Assembly (NCBI GenBank): GCA_002269645.1
Contig: NIVC01000330.1
Span: 369,313 to 433,312 of the forward strand
Source of the DNA: Macrostomum lignano
Lineage: Eukaryota
Direction: 5' to 3'
DNA: 64,000 nt
Position numbers and translations under genes: made by a program
The notes under the pieces: model-generated
Database searches by the model: none
Told to the model about the DNA's origin: nothing
Seen by the model: the letters and a program-made list of their open reading frames with translations, nothing else
Part shown: one piece after another, positions 59,928-64,000 of the stretch
How the letters are laid out: each line of letters begins with the position of its first letter
Numbering within the stretch: the stretch's first letter is position 1

Positions 59928-60286
59928 CTAAATGGCAATTTATTAATAAATAGCAATTAAAATATCAGCAATGTTGCTTTTATATTACTCGTCACAACAA
60001 AGTAAGTAGTATGGAATGCTAATTCTAACATTCAAGAACAATAAAAATATAAACGTTAATGGCACTCTTCTTGCCTTAAATGGACATTTACACACGAACG
60101 CACTCACACAGGGTGTAAAAGCGGCCCTAGCTTTTTGGTAGTACTCTGAAGTACTCGAAGTTTGTAGTACTTACGCTCGTAATATATGGTAATATTAAAT
60201 ATGCAAAATTGATCTAAACAAAGAAATGAAAGAAATACATTTCGGTACTGTATGAACTACTAAAAGTAGCTTGCTAAAATACTTAC

Positions 60287-60529
60287 TGGCGATTCCTCTC
60301 TGCCCCGTTTGCGAACAGTTGACACCGCCTCATCCGCATCTTCGTCAATGCTAGTCCCATTCGGTCCGGCATTATCCTCCTCGCCAGACGATGGCTCCTG
60401 CTGGGCCAGCAGTTTGTCTAATCTGTCGGACCGGCTAAGAGGCTGAGCATCCAGCGCCATCTTATAAGCGGCAGCAAGTTTTGGATCCTCCGGTTCCATA
60501 GACTCTCCGCAGGACATCATGCTGCGGGC
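60287..60529 (-). CDS. MSH6: MSH6 exon 2
   Basis: catag acceptor, GTAAGT donor, 243 bp; PKLAAAYKMALDAQPLSRSDRL resembles the post-PWWP helix. Confidence 0.82.
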
Positions 60530-60649
60530 CTATGCGGTCGCGTGATCCAGGGGCGGGGATCAAATCGAATGAACTGATGCTTTATAGATAGATAAATTAT
60601 GTTGGATTAGAATCCATAAAGCTACTTGAAATCAGTAGTATTATCTAGC

Positions 60650-60956
60650 ATTTTATTGCTCCCAGCTGTGAGTTGGGGTCACTTCTCTACCCCACTACAC
60701 CACCTCTCATTTTATTGCTACCAGCTGTGAGTTGGGGTCACTTCTCTACTCCACTACCCCACCCTCATTTTATTGCCCCCTGTTAATTGGGGTCATTTCT
60801 CTACCCCACTACCCCACCCTCATTTTATTGCCCCCTGTTAATTGGGGTGACTTCTCAACCCTACCTTTATTTTATTGCCCCTGTTAATTGGGGTCACTTC
60901 TCAACCCCACCCCTCATTTTATTGTCCTTTTGCTCGCTGACCATGCATGTTGCCTT

Positions 60957-60990
<34 letters not shown>
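60650..60990. repeat. Diverged 45-60-bp tandem repeats followed by (CA)n
   Basis: cattttattgc...ttggggtcacttctct... about 5 times; (ca)n at about 60958-60988. Confidence 0.7.
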
Positions 60991-60993
<3 letters not shown>

Positions 60994-61031
60994 ATAACCA
61001 CCGGTGATATTTAGTGCTGGGGATTTAATAC

Positions 61032-61499
61032 CTGTTCGCAATTGCCGCCAGCTAAGTCAGTCCAGAGCTGCACACAGTCGGCCGGCACCCAGGACCGGTT
61101 GGGCGGACTGTCCAAAAATTGCACGTGCACCCGGCCGGGCCGATCCGGCCGACGATTGGCTTCAAAAGTCCGGCGCCGGGTCGGATGCCGGCAGACTAGA
61201 GCGGGCCACCACGGATACGGGTCCATCCTGGCCCAGACTAAGTCGCCTTCAGCCGGCCTGCCCGGCACTTGCTGCTGCTTATCAGTCTTATCCTTCCGTT
61301 TCGGCGTCTTTGAAATTGATTTTTGCTTTTTAGCGGAAGAAGCAGACTGAGCCGGCGCTTTCAAACTTTTCGGCGTCTTTGCTGCGCCTGATGGCGAAGA
61401 CAAAGCGCCAGCCGACGGCGATGCGGCGGGCCAGGGCAGCTTCTTAGCCTGGCCGCTGTTCTGCGGCGAGAAGAACTGCAGAATAGACTTCTGCGACAT
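61032..61499 (-). CDS. MSH6: MSH6 exon 1 (PIP box, PWWP domain); the 14 exons sum to 4236 nt = 1411 aa
   Basis: MSQKSILQFF (QxxLxxFF PIP box); GDLVWARMDPYPWWPALVC PWWP; GTATT donor, phase 0. Confidence 0.95.
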
Positions 61500-61619
61500 C
61501 TCTGGCTTCTGTTGAGCCTTTTTGCTTGTTCACCTGGGTCAATTTTTCTTATAACACCCTATAGAATTACAGCAACGTGCAGCACAACCAGCATAAATAT
61601 TTTGCTTTATGCATCAGAG

Positions 61620-62735
61620 GCAACGGCTGAAATTTCAGAATCTTCCCTAATTCCCATTGAGAATCTTCCAATTACCATTCGAGAGTTTTCTTAAATTCTT
61701 CTTTAATAATCTTCCCTATAAGTACCCTTTGTGAATCTTCCCTAATTTTTTAAAACAATATTTCCCTATTCCTCTTTAAGAATCTTCCAAAATTTCCCTG
61801 AAAATCTTCCCTAATTCCCCATTTGAGAATCTTCCCCAATTCCCCATTTGAGAAGCTTTACCTTTTCCCCTTTGAGAATCTTCCCCAATTCCCCATTTGA
61901 GAATCTTCCCGATTCCCCTTTTGAGAATCTTCCCGATTCGCCTTTTGAGAATCTTCCCTAATTCGAGAAGCTTCACCTTTTCCTATTTGAGAATCTTCCC
62001 TAACTTCCCCTTGAGAATCTTCCCAATTCCTCTTTGAGAAGCTTCACATTTTCCCCTTTGAGAATCTTCCCCGATTCCCCATTTGAGAATCTTCCCGATT
62101 CCCCCTTTTGAGAATCTTCCCGATTTCCCCTTTTGAGAATCTTTCCCAAATTCCCATTTGAGAAGCTTCACCTTTTTTTCTCATTTGAGAATCTTCCCTA
62201 TCTTCCCCTTGAGAATCTTCCCAATTCCCCTTTGAGAATCTTCCCAATTTTCATTTGAGAATCTTCCCCAATTCCCCATATGAGAAGCTTCCCAAATTCC
62301 CCCTTTGAGAATCTTCCCCAAATTCCCCTTTTAAGAATCTTCCCCAATTCCCCTTTTGAGAATCTTTCCCAAATTCCCCTTTTAAGAATCTTCCCCAATT
62401 CCCCTTTTAAGAATCTTCCCCAAATTCCCCTTTTAAGAATCTTCCCCAATTCCCCTTTTGAGAATCTTTCCCAAATTCCCCATTTGAGAAGCTTCACCTT
62501 TTCCCATTTGAGAATCTTTCCAATTCTCATTTGAGAATTTTCCCGATTCCCTTTTGAGAAGCTTCACCCTTTCCCATTTGAGAATCTTTTCAAGTCCCTT
62601 TTGAGAATCTTCCCAATTTCCATTTGAGAATCTTTCCCAATTCCCTATTTGAGAATGTTTAGCTTTTCCCATTTGAGATTTCCCTAATTTTCCTTTTGGG
62701 AATCTTCCCAATTCCCCCATTTGAGAATATTTCGC
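61620..62735. repeat. Diverged minisatellite with a unit of about 24-26 bp
   Basis: Unit about gagaatcttccccaattcccc(a/t)ttt; ORFs here are artefacts. Confidence 0.9.
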
Positions 62736-63399
62736 TGCCGTAGCGAATGGGATTCTCCACTTGATCAGCTTGACTATGAAGTTGACTGACAAAGTACCAT
62801 ATTATATAATAGTCCTAAACACGCAGGCTCAGGAGAAATAACGAAAATTGTTTGAAAGAAGTCAAAGAAAAGATTGCAAGCAACGTCAAGCGACCCGATC
62901 CATCGCGTCTAAACATTATTTTATATATTGCCATGTCAATATGCTATGGAGACAGAGATTATCAGCAACTGTAAGGGAATATTTAACGCACTGGAACACA
63001 CAAAAAGCAGTGATTAACGAAGAGAAAAATGAATAAATCTGAAATAGATCCACAACATTAAAACTAACTAGTGTGAACAAAGTCAAAGCATCTATAAAAC
63101 ATTTTTGATGATTGATTTTCTGAATCATATTCACTATATATTTATTATATTTAGCACAAACAAAGACTCGAAGACAAGGACAATAACAACAAAGACTTGT
63201 TAAAAATAAGATGGACTAAGATTTTATTTAGTATTAGTTCCCCCACACCAAGCACACACTACTGAAAGCGTCGTGTCGAAAATAAGTAAATAATCATTAT
63301 AATTAAATACAATTGAATTCATAACAGTAGAGGACACAAGTCAACACACAGCAATCCAATCCATCAGAACTGCACGCACACTCCAATACACAAATCTCA

Positions 63400-63579
63400 A
63401 AGTCCAACTTGGCCAACACGATCGCGCGAATCAGGCGCAGCTCGGAGCCGTACTTGAGAAACACTTCGCCAGCGGTTTGCTGAGGATTAATTCCACGCAC
63501 GCTGGTGGCCGGTTTGAACTCTTCGGCTGAGAATTTTAGCACGGCGGTGAATGGAGTGGCCTCCGGCACGCTAAGCCTG
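63400..63579 (-). pseudogene. UFM1: UFM1 second exon with an in-frame deletion and a 1-bp frameshift before the C-terminal VG; first exon lies outside the window
   Basis: [43 protein letters not shown] matches UFM1; lacks the AIITNDG segment; adding one C restores IPRDRVG; aaccag acceptor. Confidence 0.75.
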
Positions 63580-63950
63580 GTTTGAATGGCACAGATGGCA
63601 GTGTCAATCCAGTACTGCTATGTATAATGCTGACCCTATGTTCAAAAATCCATATCAGTAACTGATTAATTTTCCACAACTTCCTATAATTCACTTCCAG
63701 TAAGTCATCAACTTCACAGGCTCTTTTAACTGCCTGGGACTACATTTATGTTAACTTTAGACTCCATCATCTCAACTACAACATGCAAATGTTGCTTGAG
63801 TAGCCAACCCCACTCAAGCCAACCCTACCCTAGGTGCTGAACTGAAGCTTTAAAACTGGCAGCATGCATTTATTTCTACTAATCATTAAATTCTTAGCTA
63901 TTGAGTTACTAATATTAATAGATACAAAAAATAGATCATGTACAACCTCT

Positions 63951-64000
63951 AGCCTAGTGGTTAGTTTTAGACTCACTCACGACTGAAAAGTCGGGGTTCG
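63951..64000 (+). mobile_element. tRNA-derived SINE head, truncated by the window end
   Basis: tagcctagtggttag...ctcacgactgaaaagtcggggttcg matches the head of the other copies. Confidence 0.7.

Overview
Eukaryotic (animal) genomic DNA with GC-rich exons and spliceosomal introns packed with minisatellites and transposons. The style suggests a flatworm such as Macrostomum lignano, but this is an impression, not a database result. Host genes: the 3' part of a kinesin light chain (+); a multi-exon spectrin-repeat gene not visible in the ORF track (-, about 3.3-20.8 kb); intronless UBE2T (-); a complete 14-exon MSH6 (-, 32292-61499, 1411 aa by my exon sum); and a damaged UFM1 exon (-). Two antisense genes are nested in MSH6 introns: an ankyrin/SOCS-box-like gene and a small secreted 6-Cys protein. 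Mobile DNA: a 4.3-kb Ty3/Gypsy element with 159-bp LTRs inserted in a 21-bp minisatellite, two decayed mariners, several MITEs, a CMC/EnSpm-like TIR element, a tRNA-derived SINE family and many tandem arrays. The standout is a second Ty3/Gypsy element in MSH6 intron 7 (44178-52044). It has open gag and pol frames plus a separate third ORF encoding an HPD-type J-domain joined to a chromodomain. Its 5' LTR is absent, and a 389-bp direct duplication of host MSH6 sequence sits in its place. Exon and element boundaries were read by hand and may be off by a few bases.
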